A stretch of DNA of 64,000 nucleotides from an uncultured bacterium (GCA_965541615.1 CBEUCJ010000002.1:95795-159794); one strand, 5' to 3'; counted from the stretch's first letter, positions 30,546-40,796 are shown. The notes: a model not told the origin generated them from the sequence alone. Numbers and translations: made by a program.

Positions 30546-32437
30546 CCTTTAAAACATTAAAAATTTATAAAAATCAAATCATCTCTCAAGAAATCTTGAT
30601 TAATGAATTAGAAAAGTTAGGTTACAAAAGGTGTCCTGAAATTTTGGAAGAAAAAGATTTTTCTGTGAAAGGTGAAATATTAGAAGTATGGCCAGTAACT
30701 TTTGAGTATCCTATAAGAATTGAATGGGAGTTCGATAAGATAAATAGAATTTTCAGTTTTGAAAAGACATCAGGTTTAAGTTTTTGGGAACATGAAGTGG
30801 TAATAATTTTGCCTGTGTTTAAAAGAAAGACTCAGAAAATCTTATTTACAGAAGAAACTCCTATTTCTAATTTTTTAGAATTAGAACCAGGTGATTTTTG
30901 TGTCCATGTAAAATATGGAATCGCAAAGTTTTTAGGAAGAAGAAATATTAAAAATAAAGAGTATTTTGAATTAGAGTTTGATAATAAAGATAAGTTATTC
31001 GTTCCATTAGAAGATGCTCATCTTATTCAAAAATATATCTCTTTTGGATTTAAAAAACCCAGATTATCTAAATTAGGTTCAAAGCAGTGGCTAAAAGTAA
31101 AAGAAAGAGTAAGAAAAGGAATCCATGAGTTTGCATTGGAATTACTTAGAATTCAAGCTTTAAGGAAGATAAGAGGAGGTTTTAAATTTTCTCCTGATAC
31201 TGACTGGCAAAAGATTTTTGAAGAAAGCTTTATGTATGAAGAGACTCCAGATCAAAAGAAAGCAATATTAGAAGCCAAAAAAGATATGGAATCTGAATTC
31301 TGTATGGATAGATTAGTTTGTGGAGATACAGGCTATGGAAAAACAGAAGTTGCTATGAGATGTGCTTTTAAAGCATGTATGGACTCAAAACAAGTAGCTT
31401 TTTTAGTTCCCACTACAATTTTAGCTTTACAACATTATAAAAATTTTTTAAAGAGAATCAGAGATTTTCCAATAAGAGTAGAGATGCTTTCTAGATTGGT
31501 TCCAGACTCCAAACAGAAAGAGATAATAAGAGATTTAAAAAAAGGAAAAGTAGATATAGTGATTGGTACACATAAGTTATTAAGTCCTGAAATAGAATTT
31601 AAGGATTTAGGATTGTTAATCGTAGATGAAGAACAAAGATTTGGTGTAGAGGCAAAAGAAAAGATTAAAAAATTAAAGACTTCAGTAGATGTATTGACTT
31701 TGACTGCTACTCCTATCCCTAGGACTTTATACATGGCTTTGACAGGTTTAAAAGATATCTCTCTGATTACTACTCCTCCTAAAGAAAGAATCTCTGTAAA
31801 AACATTTGTATGTGAGTTTGATAAAGAACTAATAAAGCAAGCTATATTAAGAGAGATAAAGAGAGGAGGACAGGTCTTCTTTGTACATAATAGGATTAAG
31901 GATATCTATGAAATAAAAAGAATGTTAAAGGCTCTTTTACCAGATGAAGTAAAAGTAGAAGTAGCTTATGGAAAGATGTTATCGAAAGAATTAGAGAAAG
32001 TAATAATAGATTTTATAGAACACAAGTTGCATGTTTTGGTATGTACTAATATAATCGAATCAGGCATAGACATCCCAAAAGCTAATACCTTAATTGTGAA
32101 TAATGCTCATTTATTTGGATTAGCAGATTTACATCAATTGAGAGGAAGGGTAGGTAGATTAAATATCCAAGCTTATGCTTACTTTTTGGTACCATCATTT
32201 AGCACTTTACCAAAAGATGCTCAAAAAAGATTGGAAGCTATACAAAAGTTCAGTGAATTGGGAGCAGGTTTTTACATAGCTATGCAAGATTTAGAGATAA
32301 GAGGAGCAGGTAACCTTTTAGGTCCTGAGCAGCACGGATTTGTATATAGTGTAGGTTTTGATATGTACTGCAGGCTTTTGAGAGAAGAGATAGAAAAGAT
32401 TAAAAAAGAGGAGATTTTAGAAAGATTAGAAGTATGA
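30542..32437 (+). CDS. mfd: Transcription-repair coupling factor Mfd, short form (about 55% of canonical length)
   Basis: CarD/TRCF RNAP-interacting domain PGDFCVHVKYGIAKFLG...KLFVPLEDAHLIQKY. SF2 translocase motifs DTGYGKTEVAMR, LVPTTILA, DEEQRFG, QLRGRVGR. TRG hairpin region. The N-terminus keeps only a roughly 110-aa UvrB-homology remnant, and no D7 follows the TRG region. Confidence 0.8.
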   Translation: MTFKTLKIYKNQIISQEILINELEKLGYKRCPEILEEKDFSVKGEILEVWPVTFEYPIRIEWEFDKINRIFSFEKTSGLSFWEHEVVIILPVFKRKTQKILFTEETPISNFLELEPGDFCVHVKYGIAKFLGRRNIKNKEYFELEFDNKDKLFVPLEDAHLIQKYISFGFKKPRLSKLGSKQWLKVKERVRKGIHEFALELLRIQALRKIRGGFKFSPDTDWQKIFEESFMYEETPDQKKAILEAKKDMESEFCMDRLVCGDTGYGKTEVAMRCAFKACMDSKQVAFLVPTTILALQHYKNFLKRIRDFPIRVEMLSRLVPDSKQKEIIRDLKKGKVDIVIGTHKLLSPEIEFKDLGLLIVDEEQRFGVEAKEKIKKLKTSVDVLTLTATPIPRTLYMALTGLKDISLITTPPKERISVKTFVCEFDKELIKQAILREIKRGGQVFFVHNRIKDIYEIKRMLKALLPDEVKVEVAYGKMLSKELEKVIIDFIEHKLHVLVCTNIIESGIDIPKANTLIVNNAHLFGLADLHQLRGRVGRLNIQAYAYFLVPSFSTLPKDAQKRLEAIQKFSELGAGFYIAMQDLEIRGAGNLLGPEQHGFVYSVGFDMYCRLLREEIEKIKKEEILERLEV

Positions 32438-33264
32438 GAATTTTTATATTTTTCTTAATGATTTTTTTTAATCTTTATAGCTTTGCTCAAGAAAACAGGA
32501 TAATAGCTATTGTAGGTAAACAAGTAATAACCAAAAGAGATTTAGAAAATTATCTAAAGATAATTTCTCTAAGAAAAATGAAGGAATCTAATCATCTTGA
32601 CAGAAAGAAAGCTTTAGAAGAATTAATCGAAACCAAGTTACTTTTAGAGGAAGCCAAAAGGAGAAATTACAAAGTAAGAGATGAATGGATAGAAAAAGAG
32701 ATAAAAAAGATAAAGAATGAATTTAAAGATGAAAAAGCTTTTACAGAATTTCTTAAATTCCAAGGGATAAGTTTAGCTGAGCTAAAAGAAAATATAAAAA
32801 ATCAAATCTTAATTGAGATATTAATAGATGAAGAAATTAGAAGCAAAATAAAAGTTTATCCTTGGCAGATAACAGAATTCTATAAGAAAAATTTAAAAAA
32901 ATTTACTAAAAATAGAGTAAAAATGAGGGTTAAAAAACTCTCTTTAAAAGAGATTCAAGAAATATTCAATAAGGATTTAAATTTAAATGATTTTCAAGAC
33001 TTAGGCTGGCAAAGATTAGATTCTTTGGAGGAAAAGGTTAAAGAATTGGTCCTCTCTTCACCAGAAAAAAAATTTATTGGACCCTTTAAGCTAAATGGCG
33101 ATTTCTATGTTATCTATTTAGAAAAAAAAGAAATAAACTTAGTAGAGCCTTTAGAAAAAGTAAAAGAAAAAATTTACAAAGAATTATTGAAAGAACAATT
33201 TGAGAATAAACTCCAAGATTTTTTAAAAGAGTTAAGAAAGCGTATCTATGTCAAAATCTTTTAA
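32434..33264 (+). CDS. SurA-like periplasmic chaperone / degenerate parvulin PPIase
   Basis: Signal peptide MRIFIFFLMIFFNLYSFA. SurA N-terminal domain pattern (IIAIVGKQVITKRDLENY). Weak parvulin remnant (DLGWQ...GPFKLNGDFYVIYL). Synteny surA-pdxA-ksgA. Confidence 0.55.
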   Translation: MRIFIFFLMIFFNLYSFAQENRIIAIVGKQVITKRDLENYLKIISLRKMKESNHLDRKKALEELIETKLLLEEAKRRNYKVRDEWIEKEIKKIKNEFKDEKAFTEFLKFQGISLAELKENIKNQILIEILIDEEIRSKIKVYPWQITEFYKKNLKKFTKNRVKMRVKKLSLKEIQEIFNKDLNLNDFQDLGWQRLDSLEEKVKELVLSSPEKKFIGPFKLNGDFYVIYLEKKEINLVEPLEKVKEKIYKELLKEQFENKLQDFLKELRKRIYVKIF

Positions 33265-34195
33265 ACTTTTGATTACCTTAGGGGATGCTGCAGGTATTGG
33301 ACCTGAAGTAGTATTTAAATCTATTTTAAATATAAAGGTACCTAAAAACTCCAAATTATATATTGTTGGAGAAGAAGTTTGTTTTAAAAGATATAAGTTA
33401 AATTTAAAGGAGATTTCTAAAAAAATAGAATTGATAAGAGTAAGAGTACTAAAAAATAAAAAATTTCCTATAGGAAGACTTAATCCTTTTACTTCAAAAG
33501 CAGGATTTTTATATTTAAAAGAAGCAGTCAGACTCTTAAAAAAAGGAGAATTTAAAGGGATAGTGACAGCTCCTTTAAATAAAGAAGGAATAAGCAGATT
33601 TTTGAAAATAGACTTTAAAGGACACACTGACTTTTTTGAAAAGGAATTTAAAAGAAAGACTGTTATGCTTTTTTCTTATAAAGATTTTAGAGTAAGCTTA
33701 CTTACAAGGCATATCCCTTTAAGAAAAGTCTTTCTGAAATTAACTCAAATTAATCTAAAAGAACATTTAGAAATATTGGTATCTTCTTTAAAAAAACTTT
33801 TTAAGATAAAAGATCCTAAGATTGGAGTATGTGGATTGAATCCTCATGCAGGAGAATCTGGTAAATTTGGAGATGAAGAAAGAATATTGGAAGATGTGAT
33901 AAAAAACTTTAAGAGAAAGGGTATAAAAATAACAGGTCCCTTTTCACCAGATACTATTTTTGTCCATTGGAAAAAATTTGATTGTATACTAAGTCTCTAT
34001 CATGATCAAGGATTGATCCCTTTCAAACTCCTTTTTTTTAATAAGGGCACAAACATTAGTTTAGGATTACCTTTTGTGAGAACTTCTCCTATCCATGGGA
34101 CAGCTTTTGATATAGCTGGAAAGAATAAAGCAGATTTTAATTCCATGAAGAATAGTATTTTAGAAGCTATAAAACTACTTAAAAATGCCTCTTAA
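33248..34195 (+). CDS. pdxA: 4-hydroxythreonine-4-phosphate dehydrogenase family protein (PdxA)
   Basis: ITLGDAAGIGPEVV, GLNPHAGESG, LYHDQGLIPFK, TSPIHGTAFDIAG. Confidence 0.85.
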   Translation: MSKSFKLLITLGDAAGIGPEVVFKSILNIKVPKNSKLYIVGEEVCFKRYKLNLKEISKKIELIRVRVLKNKKFPIGRLNPFTSKAGFLYLKEAVRLLKKGEFKGIVTAPLNKEGISRFLKIDFKGHTDFFEKEFKRKTVMLFSYKDFRVSLLTRHIPLRKVFLKLTQINLKEHLEILVSSLKKLFKIKDPKIGVCGLNPHAGESGKFGDEERILEDVIKNFKRKGIKITGPFSPDTIFVHWKKFDCILSLYHDQGLIPFKLLFFNKGTNISLGLPFVRTSPIHGTAFDIAGKNKADFNSMKNSILEAIKLLKNAS

Positions 34196-34994
34196 ATTTA
34201 AGCCAAAGAAAGAATTAGGCCAAGTATTTTTAAAGAACGAAAAGATAAAAGAAAAAATGTTAAAAAGTATGAGTTTGAATAAAGAAGATGTAGTCTTAGA
34301 AATAGGTGCAGGAAAAGGAGAGTTAACTTGTGAAATAGCCAAATTAGCAAAATTTGTATATGCAGTAGAACTAGATCCTATTTTATGTAAGATGTTAGAA
34401 GAGGAGGTAAATTCTTTTCAAAATATAAAAATTTTGAATGAAGATATTTTAAATATAGATCTTGAAGATATTTATAAAGAATGCGGTTCTCAAATTCTTG
34501 TGGTAGGAAATATTCCTTTCAGCATAAGTACTCCTTTATTACTAAAATTAGTAGAAGAAAGAAGATTCATAAAAGAGAGTTATTTAACATTTCAAAAAGA
34601 AGTAGCTCTTAAATTAAAAGCAAGACATAACTCTAAAGAGTATGGTTTTTTGGCTTGTTATTTTAATGTATTCTGTGATATAGAGATTTTATTCTTTATA
34701 GGAAGAAGAAACTTTACCCCTCCCCCTAAGGTAGATTCTGCTTTTTTACATTTTAAATTTTATAAAGAACCTAAATTTTTTTTAAAAAGTGAAAAGATGT
34801 ATTTAAAGTTTCTAAGGATTTGTTTTAACCAAAGAAGGAAGAAGATAAAAAATGTATTAAAAAAGTTTATCTGTGAAAAAGAGTTGACAAGAATATTGAA
34901 AGAATTAAGTTTAAATGAAAATGTTCGTAGTGAACAGATTCCATTAGAAAAGTATCCTGAATTTTTTAATCTTTGCTTTGACTTTTTAAAATAA
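34185..34994 (+). CDS. rsmA: 16S rRNA (adenine1518/1519-N6)-dimethyltransferase
   Basis: LGQVFLKNEKI...VLEIGAGKGELT...VGNIPFSISTP. Conserved pdxA-ksgA order. Confidence 0.9.
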   Translation: MPLKFKPKKELGQVFLKNEKIKEKMLKSMSLNKEDVVLEIGAGKGELTCEIAKLAKFVYAVELDPILCKMLEEEVNSFQNIKILNEDILNIDLEDIYKECGSQILVVGNIPFSISTPLLLKLVEERRFIKESYLTFQKEVALKLKARHNSKEYGFLACYFNVFCDIEILFFIGRRNFTPPPKVDSAFLHFKFYKEPKFFLKSEKMYLKFLRICFNQRRKKIKNVLKKFICEKELTRILKELSLNENVRSEQIPLEKYPEFFNLCFDFLK

Positions 34995-35015
34995 GATTGC
35001 TAAAATTAAAAACTT

Positions 35016-35294
35016 ATGATCGAAAATATAGAATATATAGCAAAATTAGCAAAGATTAAGTTATCACCTGATTTAGTCAAAATTTTATCTCAAGATTTAA
35101 AGAGAATTTTAGAATACATAGCTATTCTTAATGAATTAGATACTACTCAAATTCCTCCTACTACACATGCAATAGAAAATAAAAATGTATTTAGAGATGA
35201 TAAAAGTGCTAGTTCCTTAGACAGAGAAGAGATTTTAAAGATAGCCCCTAACAGAAAAGATAATTTTTTTAAAGTCCCCAAGATAATAGAATGA
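35016..35294 (+). CDS. gatC: Glu-tRNA(Gln)/Asp-tRNA(Asn) amidotransferase subunit C
   Basis: 92-aa GatC pattern (AKLAKIKLSPDL...ILEYIAILNELDT). Immediately upstream of gatA. Confidence 0.85.
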   Translation: MIENIEYIAKLAKIKLSPDLVKILSQDLKRILEYIAILNELDTTQIPPTTHAIENKNVFRDDKSASSLDREEILKIAPNRKDNFFKVPKIIE

Positions 35295-36727
35295 AAGAAA
35301 TTTTTTACTGCTCCATAAAAGAACTTAGAAAACTATTAGAGAGCAAAAAGATAACTCCAACTGAACTCATAGAGATTTTTAAAAATAGAATTGAAAATTT
35401 AGATTCCAAAATAAAAAGTTTTGTAAGAACAAATTTTGAAAGAGCTTTTAAAGAGGCTCAGACTAAAAAAGAAGGGAAATTAGCTTACATCCCATTTGCT
35501 GTAAAAGATAACATATGTATAAAAGGAGAAGAGATTACTTGTTGCTCAAAAATATTAAAAGGATTTATCTCTCCGTATGATGCTACTGTGATCGAGAGGT
35601 TAAAAAATGAAGGAGCAATCATAATAGGAATTACAAATATGGATGAATTCGCTTTTGGTTCTTCTACAGAGAATTCTTGTTATTTCCCTACCCACAATCC
35701 TTTTGATTTAGAAAGAGTGCCTGGTGGGTCTTCAGGTGGGTCAGCTGCTAGTGTTTCAGCAGGATTTGTTCCTTTTGCTTTAGGTTCTGATACTGGAGGT
35801 TCTATTAGACAACCTGCGAGTTTTTGTGGAGTAATAGGTTTTAAACCCACTTATGGAAGAGTTTCAAGATATGGACTAATAGCTTTTGGCTCTTCGTTAG
35901 ACCAGATAGGTCCTATAACAAGAACAGTCCAAGATTGTGCGTTGATTTTAAGTATAATCTCAGGTAAAGATAGCAAAGATTCTACCTCTGTAGAAATAGA
36001 AGTTCCTGATTTTGAAGAGGGTTTAGAAAAAGAGATAAAAGGATTAAAGATAGGTTTACCCAAAGAATATTTCGTTGCAGGCATTCAAGAAGAAGTAAAA
36101 GAAAAAGTTTTAGAAGGAGTAAAAATATTAGAAAAATTAGGAGTTTCAGTAAAAGAGATAAGTCTACCACATACAAAGTATGCAATTCCTGCTTATTATA
36201 TAGTAGCTCCTTCTGAAGCAAGTTCTAATCTTTCAAGATTCGATGGAGTTCAGTATGGATTGAGAAAAGAGAGTGCAGATTTAGCAGAGATGTATGAAGT
36301 TACGAGAGCAGATGGTTTTGGATTAGAAGCTAAAAGAAGGATTCTTTTGGGTACTTTTTGTTTGAGCAGTGGTTTTTATGAAGCTTATTATTTAAAAGGA
36401 TTAAAAACCAGGACTTTAATAAAAAGAGATTTTGAATCAGCTTTCAAAGAAGTTTCACTCATTGTTACTCCTACTTCTCCAACCCCTGCTTTTAAAATAG
36501 GTGAAAAAATAAAAGATCCTTTAAGTATGTATTTATCAGATGTATTCACTGTGCCTGTAAATTTAGCAGGTTTACCTGCGATTTCAGTGCCTTGTGGTTT
36601 ATCAAAAGAAAATCTACCTATTGGAATGCAAATAATAGGACCTGCTTTTAGAGAAGATTTGATTTTGAGATTAGCTTTTTGGTTTGAAAGAGAAACTGAA
36701 TTTTATAAAATAAGGCCAAGAATTTAA
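35291..36727 (+). CDS. gatA: Glu-tRNA(Gln) amidotransferase subunit A
   Basis: Amidase signature GGSSGGSAASVSAG...GSDTGGSIRQPASFCGVIGFKPTYGRVSRYG. Confidence 0.95.
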   Translation: MKEIFYCSIKELRKLLESKKITPTELIEIFKNRIENLDSKIKSFVRTNFERAFKEAQTKKEGKLAYIPFAVKDNICIKGEEITCCSKILKGFISPYDATVIERLKNEGAIIIGITNMDEFAFGSSTENSCYFPTHNPFDLERVPGGSSGGSAASVSAGFVPFALGSDTGGSIRQPASFCGVIGFKPTYGRVSRYGLIAFGSSLDQIGPITRTVQDCALILSIISGKDSKDSTSVEIEVPDFEEGLEKEIKGLKIGLPKEYFVAGIQEEVKEKVLEGVKILEKLGVSVKEISLPHTKYAIPAYYIVAPSEASSNLSRFDGVQYGLRKESADLAEMYEVTRADGFGLEAKRRILLGTFCLSSGFYEAYYLKGLKTRTLIKRDFESAFKEVSLIVTPTSPTPAFKIGEKIKDPLSMYLSDVFTVPVNLAGLPAISVPCGLSKENLPIGMQIIGPAFREDLILRLAFWFERETEFYKIRPRI

Positions 36728-36735
36728 AAGTTAAA

Positions 36736-38172
36736 ATGATAGACTTTGAACCTGTAATAGGATTAGAGATCCATGTGCAATTAAAGACAAAGACTAAGAT
36801 ATTTTGTTCTTGTTTAAATGAATTTACTTTAGAACCTAACAAAAATATTTGTCCTGTATGTTTGGGGTTACCAGGTGTTTTACCTGTTTTAAATAAAAAA
36901 GCTTTTAGATTAGCATTGAAAGCAGCTTTAGCTTTAAATTGTAAGATAAATAAAAATATTGTTTTTGATAGAAAAAATTATTTCTATCCGGATTTACCCA
37001 AAAACTATCAAATCTCTGAATATTTTTCTCCTTTAGGAGAGAATGGGTATTTAGAGATAATTTTAAAAGAAGATCAAATCAAAAAGATTAGAATAAAAAG
37101 AATCCATTTAGAAGAAGATGCTGGCAAATTAATCCACACAGAAAAATTTAGTCTTATAGATTACAATAGAGCAGGAGCTCCTTTAATAGAAATAGTTACT
37201 GAACCTGATATTTTTTCTCCTGATGAAGCTTTTAAATTCTTGCAACAATTAAAGTTACTCTTACAATACTTGGAAGTTTCAGATTGCGATATGGAAAAAG
37301 GATTTTTAAGATGTGATGCAAATATTTCTGTGAGAAAAAAGGGTGAAGCTAAATTAGGGGTAAAGACTGAAATTAAAAATATGAACTCTTTTAAAGCAGT
37401 CAAATCTGCTTTAGAGTATGAGTTCAAACGTCAAGTAGAATTACTAAAAGAAAACAAAGAGATTATTCAAGAGACAAGATTATGGGATGAAGCAAAACAA
37501 AAAACATTTTCAATGAGGAAAAAAGAAGAAGCTCATGACTATAGGTATTTTCCTGAACCAGATTTACCTGTCTTTACTCCCCAAGATGAAGAAATTGAAA
37601 GTATCAAATCTGAAATAAAAGAGTTACCTTTGCAAAAGTTGCTAAGATTTAAATCTACTTTTAATCTGACTCTTGGAGAAGCTGAATTTTTAATTCAGGA
37701 TAGAGAGATGGCTGAGTTTTTTGAAGAAACTGCAAAGAATACTTCTTTTGTAAAAGATTTATACAATTTATTAAAAGGACCTATTTCAGAGTATTTAAAT
37801 CAAAATAAGATTTCATTTAAACAGGTTAAGATTTCTTCTTCAAATATCCTAAAAATAATAGAATTAAAGAACAAAGGTAAGTTAAACAATATTCAGGTAA
37901 AAGAGGTGTTATTTGGTGTCTTAAAAGAGAATAAATCTCCTGAAGAGATAATGAGAGAGAAAGGTATAGAGCAAATTTCAGATGAAAGTAAACTCCTCCA
38001 GATAGTAGAAGATGTAATGAAGAGAAATCTACAAGCATGTATAGATTACAAAAAGGGTAAAAAGTCTGCCATAATGTTTTTAGTGGGACAAGTGATGAAA
38101 GAGACCAGAGGAAAAGCTAATCCTAATTTGGTGAGAGAAATTTTAGAAAGGAGGCTTAAAAATGAAGATTAA
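36736..38172 (+). CDS. gatB: Glu-tRNA(Gln) amidotransferase subunit B
   Basis: GLEIHVQL...CPVCLGLPGVLPVLN, RIHLEEDAGK, and the C-terminal GatB/YqeY domain. Confidence 0.95.
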   Translation: MIDFEPVIGLEIHVQLKTKTKIFCSCLNEFTLEPNKNICPVCLGLPGVLPVLNKKAFRLALKAALALNCKINKNIVFDRKNYFYPDLPKNYQISEYFSPLGENGYLEIILKEDQIKKIRIKRIHLEEDAGKLIHTEKFSLIDYNRAGAPLIEIVTEPDIFSPDEAFKFLQQLKLLLQYLEVSDCDMEKGFLRCDANISVRKKGEAKLGVKTEIKNMNSFKAVKSALEYEFKRQVELLKENKEIIQETRLWDEAKQKTFSMRKKEEAHDYRYFPEPDLPVFTPQDEEIESIKSEIKELPLQKLLRFKSTFNLTLGEAEFLIQDREMAEFFEETAKNTSFVKDLYNLLKGPISEYLNQNKISFKQVKISSSNILKIIELKNKGKLNNIQVKEVLFGVLKENKSPEEIMREKGIEQISDESKLLQIVEDVMKRNLQACIDYKKGKKSAIMFLVGQVMKETRGKANPNLVREILERRLKNED

Positions 38173-39394
38173 AAAGCCTTTAATTATATTTTTCACATTA
38201 TTAATCTTGGTAGCTTTATTAACAGCAGGATTAGCTTTAAATAGAAAGATAAAAAATGAATTTTATAAGTACACTGACTTATTTACCACTGCTTTAGTCT
38301 TAATACAAAAACAGTTCGTAAAAGAAGTCTCTCCCAAAGAGTTAATTTATGGAGCTTTGAAAGGGATGCTTTCACATTTGGACCCTTACTCTCAGTTTTT
38401 AAAACCAGATGAATATAAAGAACTTTTAACTGAAACAGAAGGTGAATTTGGAGGTTTGGGAATCGAAATAGGTATAAGAGATGGGTTATTGACTATCATT
38501 ACTCCTTTGGAAGGTACTCCTGCTTGGAGAGCAGGTTTAAAACCAGGTGATAGGATAGTCAAAATTAATGGAGAGTTAACAAAAGGCATTACTTTAGAGG
38601 AAGCAGTTAAAAAATTAAGAGGAAAACCTGGTACTAAAGTAAAGATAACGATATTAAGAGAAGAAGACAATTTAATTAAAGATGTTGAAATTGTAAGAGA
38701 GATAATTAAAATCCAGGATGTTAAGAATGTTAAGATTTTAGAGTCTGGAATTGGTTACATAAAGATATCTGAATTTAGAGAAAAGACTCCTCAACAGTTA
38801 GACAGAGCTTTGAGTAAATTAAAGAAAAAAGGGATTAAAGGTTTAATTTTAGATTTAAGAAATAATCCTGGAGGACTTTTAAGTTCTGCTGTTAAAGTAG
38901 CAGAAAGATTCTTAGAAAAAGGAAAAGTTATAGTTACCGTTAAAGAAAGAAAGACTAGTAAAACTTACTCTTACAAAGCAAATTACAAAAATCCTTTGTT
39001 GAATATTCCTATGGTTGTGTTAGTTAACAAAGGATCAGCTTCTGGAAGTGAAATCGTAGCTGCAGCTTTAAAAGACAATAAAAGAGCTATAATTTTGGGA
39101 GAAAAAACATTTGGAAAAGGATGTGTACAAAGCGTTATTCCTTTAGAAGATGGTTCAGCTATAAGGTTAACTACAGCTTACTATTACTCTCCTAAAGGGA
39201 AAGTTATTCAAGATGAAGGAGTGCTTCCTGATATAAAAGTAGAATACAAAAAAATTGAAGAAAAAAAAGAAAAGGCTGAAGAAGTATTTGAAAAAGTAGA
39301 GAATAAGAAAGATATAGTAAAAGAAAAGCTACTCACAGATTATCAAGTAATCAGAGCTCTTGATTTGTTAAAAGGAATCTTAATCTATCAATAA
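38162..39394 (+). CDS. ctpA: Carboxyl-terminal processing (tail-specific) protease, S41 family
   Basis: N-terminal TM, PDZ domain (GGLGIEIG...GDRIVKING), and the S41 catalytic region (LDLRNNPGG...Ser/Lys dyad). Confidence 0.9.
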   Translation: MKIKKPLIIFFTLLILVALLTAGLALNRKIKNEFYKYTDLFTTALVLIQKQFVKEVSPKELIYGALKGMLSHLDPYSQFLKPDEYKELLTETEGEFGGLGIEIGIRDGLLTIITPLEGTPAWRAGLKPGDRIVKINGELTKGITLEEAVKKLRGKPGTKVKITILREEDNLIKDVEIVREIIKIQDVKNVKILESGIGYIKISEFREKTPQQLDRALSKLKKKGIKGLILDLRNNPGGLLSSAVKVAERFLEKGKVIVTVKERKTSKTYSYKANYKNPLLNIPMVVLVNKGSASGSEIVAAALKDNKRAIILGEKTFGKGCVQSVIPLEDGSAIRLTTAYYYSPKGKVIQDEGVLPDIKVEYKKIEEKKEKAEEVFEKVENKKDIVKEKLLTDYQVIRALDLLKGILIYQ

Positions 39395-39396
39395 AA

Positions 39397-40356
39397 ATGA
39401 TCTCTTTAGGGATAGAGACTTCTTGTGATGATACTTCTGTTGGTATAGTAAAAGAAGGTACCAAAGTATTAGCCTGCGTAACTCAGTCTTCTGAGAAATT
39501 TCACAAAAAATTTGGAGGAATAGTTCCTGAAATAGCTCACCGAAAACATTTAGAATTTATAGATAAAGTGCTAATAAAAGCTTTAGAAGAAGCAAAACTC
39601 AGTCTAAAACAAATAGATTTGATATGTGTAACATCTGAACCAGGGTTAGTAGGTTCTTTATTGATAGGGATAAATTTTGCTAAAGCTTTGAGTTTCTCTT
39701 TAAAAAAACCTCTAATTCTTGTAAACCATCTCCATGCACATCTTTATCCTGTATTTTTCAGAAAAATAAAACCTACATTTCCTTTTATAGGATTGGTAGC
39801 TTCAGGAGGCCACACTAATTTATTTCTTGTAGAAAATTTTGATAAAATTTATAATATTGGTAAAACTAGAGATGATGCTGTTGGAGAAGCTTTTGATAAG
39901 GTAGCTAAAATTTTAGGTTTAGGGTTTCCAGGAGGTCCTCTTATAGATAAGTTTTCAAAGAATGTTAAAAAGACTCCATTTAAATTTCCATATGCTAAGT
40001 TAGAAGATTCTTTGGATTTTAGTTTTAGCGGAATAAAGACAGCAGTTTTTTATAAAATAAAAGAATTGAAAAATCTAACTACGCAAGTGAAGAGATTGAT
40101 AGCTGCAGGTTTCCAAAAATCTGTAATAGAAAATTTAGTCTATAAATGTAAGTTAGCTTTAAAGAGATACAATATAAAGACTTTAGTAGTAGGTGGAGGG
40201 GTAGCAGCTAACTCCTTATTAAGAAAAGAACTGAATCTATTAAAAAAAGATAATATTAAAGTGCATTTAGCTCCATTAAAATACTGCACAGACAATGGAG
40301 CTAATACTGCAGGTTTAGGATACAAAATTTTTTCTCTAAAATGTTTAGCATATTAG
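39397..40356 (+). CDS. tsaD: tRNA N6-adenosine threonylcarbamoyltransferase TsaD (Kae1/Gcp)
   Basis: ISLGIETSCDDTSVGIV..., the metal-binding HxxxH region (VNHLHAHL), and GVAANSLLR. Confidence 0.9.
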   Translation: MISLGIETSCDDTSVGIVKEGTKVLACVTQSSEKFHKKFGGIVPEIAHRKHLEFIDKVLIKALEEAKLSLKQIDLICVTSEPGLVGSLLIGINFAKALSFSLKKPLILVNHLHAHLYPVFFRKIKPTFPFIGLVASGGHTNLFLVENFDKIYNIGKTRDDAVGEAFDKVAKILGLGFPGGPLIDKFSKNVKKTPFKFPYAKLEDSLDFSFSGIKTAVFYKIKELKNLTTQVKRLIAAGFQKSVIENLVYKCKLALKRYNIKTLVVGGGVAANSLLRKELNLLKKDNIKVHLAPLKYCTDNGANTAGLGYKIFSLKCLAY

Positions 40357-40796
40357 AGATAACAAAAAGGTTAATGAGTGCTCTTATTTTTGGAGGAATT
40401 ATAGGTATAGAAAGAGAAAGAAGAGGAAGAGCAGCTGGTTTAAGGACTCATATATTGGTAAGTTTAGGTTCAGCTCTTATAATGTTAGTCTCCATTTACA
40501 TGTTTGAAATCTATGGAGAAAAAGGAGCAGTAGATCCTTCCAGAATAGCAGCAGGAGTGATTACTGGTATTGGTTTCTTAGGAGCAGGAACTATTATAAG
40601 GTCTGGTGATGGGATAATAGGACTTACTACTGCTGCTACTATTTGGGTTTCAGCTGGTATAGGTTTAGCTTGTGGATGTGGTTTTATAGAGGGAGCTTTT
40701 TTGGCTACTATCCTTTGTTTGATAGTATTATGTCTATTAAGGAAATTTGAAGGAGTTTTGAAAAAGGAAGATAAACAGGAGGTGAAATATGGCTAA
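40341..40796 (+). CDS. mgtC: MgtC/SapB-family membrane protein
   Basis: IFGGIIGIERERRGRAAGLRTHILVSLGSALIM is the MgtC signature. 4-5 TM helices. Confidence 0.8.
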   Translation: MFSILEITKRLMSALIFGGIIGIERERRGRAAGLRTHILVSLGSALIMLVSIYMFEIYGEKGAVDPSRIAAGVITGIGFLGAGTIIRSGDGIIGLTTAATIWVSAGIGLACGCGFIEGAFLATILCLIVLCLLRKFEGVLKKEDKQEVKYG

